The position numbers and the translations under genes are program-made. Under the pieces are notes generated by a model. It was not told the origin of the DNA and did no database searches. It saw only the letters and a program-made list of their open reading frames with translations. Source: Mobula hypostoma (lineage: Eukaryota). Taken from it: a DNA stretch of 64,000 nucleotides. Every line of letters begins with the position of its first letter. The stretch's first letter is position 1. Below, one piece after another: positions 63,381 through 64,000 of this stretch. The DNA lies in contig NC_086118.1 of the NCBI RefSeq assembly GCF_963921235.1, positions 16,866,001 to 16,930,000 of the forward strand, written 5' to 3'.

Positions 63381-63690
63381 TAGGGTTGCCAACTTTCTCA
63401 CTCCCAAATAAGGGACAAAAGTAGCAGTTCAATACAGGACACTTGTGTTTACCCCAAGAAAGACCCTGAAGCCTTGTGCAGGTACTTGTGTGCGCATGCG
63501 TGATGTGCACATATGTGACGTGCTTCTCGGTTTTGGCTTAATCTTCCCGATTCTGGTAAGTGAAACTACACTGTACATACATTATTTGTACTTTATATAG
63601 GCTGTGTATTTATCGTATCATTCCTGCTTTTACTATATGTTAGTGTTATTTTAGGTTTTATGTGTTATCTGGTGTGATTTGGTAGGTTAT
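63381..63690. mobile_element. One end of a hAT-like DNA transposon
   Basis: Starts TAGGGTTGCCAAC with A(T)A.GGGAC subterminal repeats. No matching opposite TIR in the window. Confidence 0.5.
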
Positions 63691-64000
63691 GAAAGATTAA
63701 GATTTTGATAGTCTTATAAATTTGCTATTGTCCACGAGGGCAAATCATTAATAACTGTAATACAGAACATCTAGATCGGTGACATGAAAGAGCCCACATT
63801 CCAACAACTTAGACTGAATGAGCTGTTATTTCCAGTGCATGACATAGTTCTGAAAGCATTTTGAAGTTGGAAGGGAAAACCTTATGAGGACAGTCAGTAT
63901 TAAAAGTCACAAGTTTGAATTAATCTCTGTGGTAATGACATAACAGGGGCTTTCCAAGGATCATTGTTAAATTACTAAGGTTGAAGTCCATCAAGCCAAC

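Noticed and set aside
1..64000. CRISPR arrays, operons or other prokaryotic/viral systems
   Set aside because: No regularly spaced repeat-spacer structure and no gene-dense region; the content is vertebrate repetitive DNA.

Overview
Eukaryotic, AT-rich, TE-dominated vertebrate genomic DNA, inferred to be a cartilaginous fish (shark/ray) from its mix of CR1, Rex1/Babar, RTE and Penelope retroelements and HE1-like V-SINEs. Almost all ORFs in the track are decayed transposon fragments or antisense shadows. The only credible host-gene signal is one minus-strand terminal coding exon at 54182-54388 (68 aa, good splice acceptor, stop, AATAAA at 53851-53856), which I cannot name. The most striking structure is a set of Penelope-like elements carrying minimal type I hammerhead ribozyme motifs. 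Three of them are integrated as fold-back (inverted) insertions bounded by 14-15 bp target-site duplications: a 1.8 kb GIY-YIG-coding copy at 109-1882 and two ~180 bp hairpin mini-elements at 13232-13405 and 48204-48393, whose fold points sit in or beside the ribozyme. Also present: two solo LTRs, a decayed hAT transposase, Harbinger, Tigger, Tc1 and Charlie non-autonomous elements, and several nested insertions. Family names come from recalled consensus features, not database searches.
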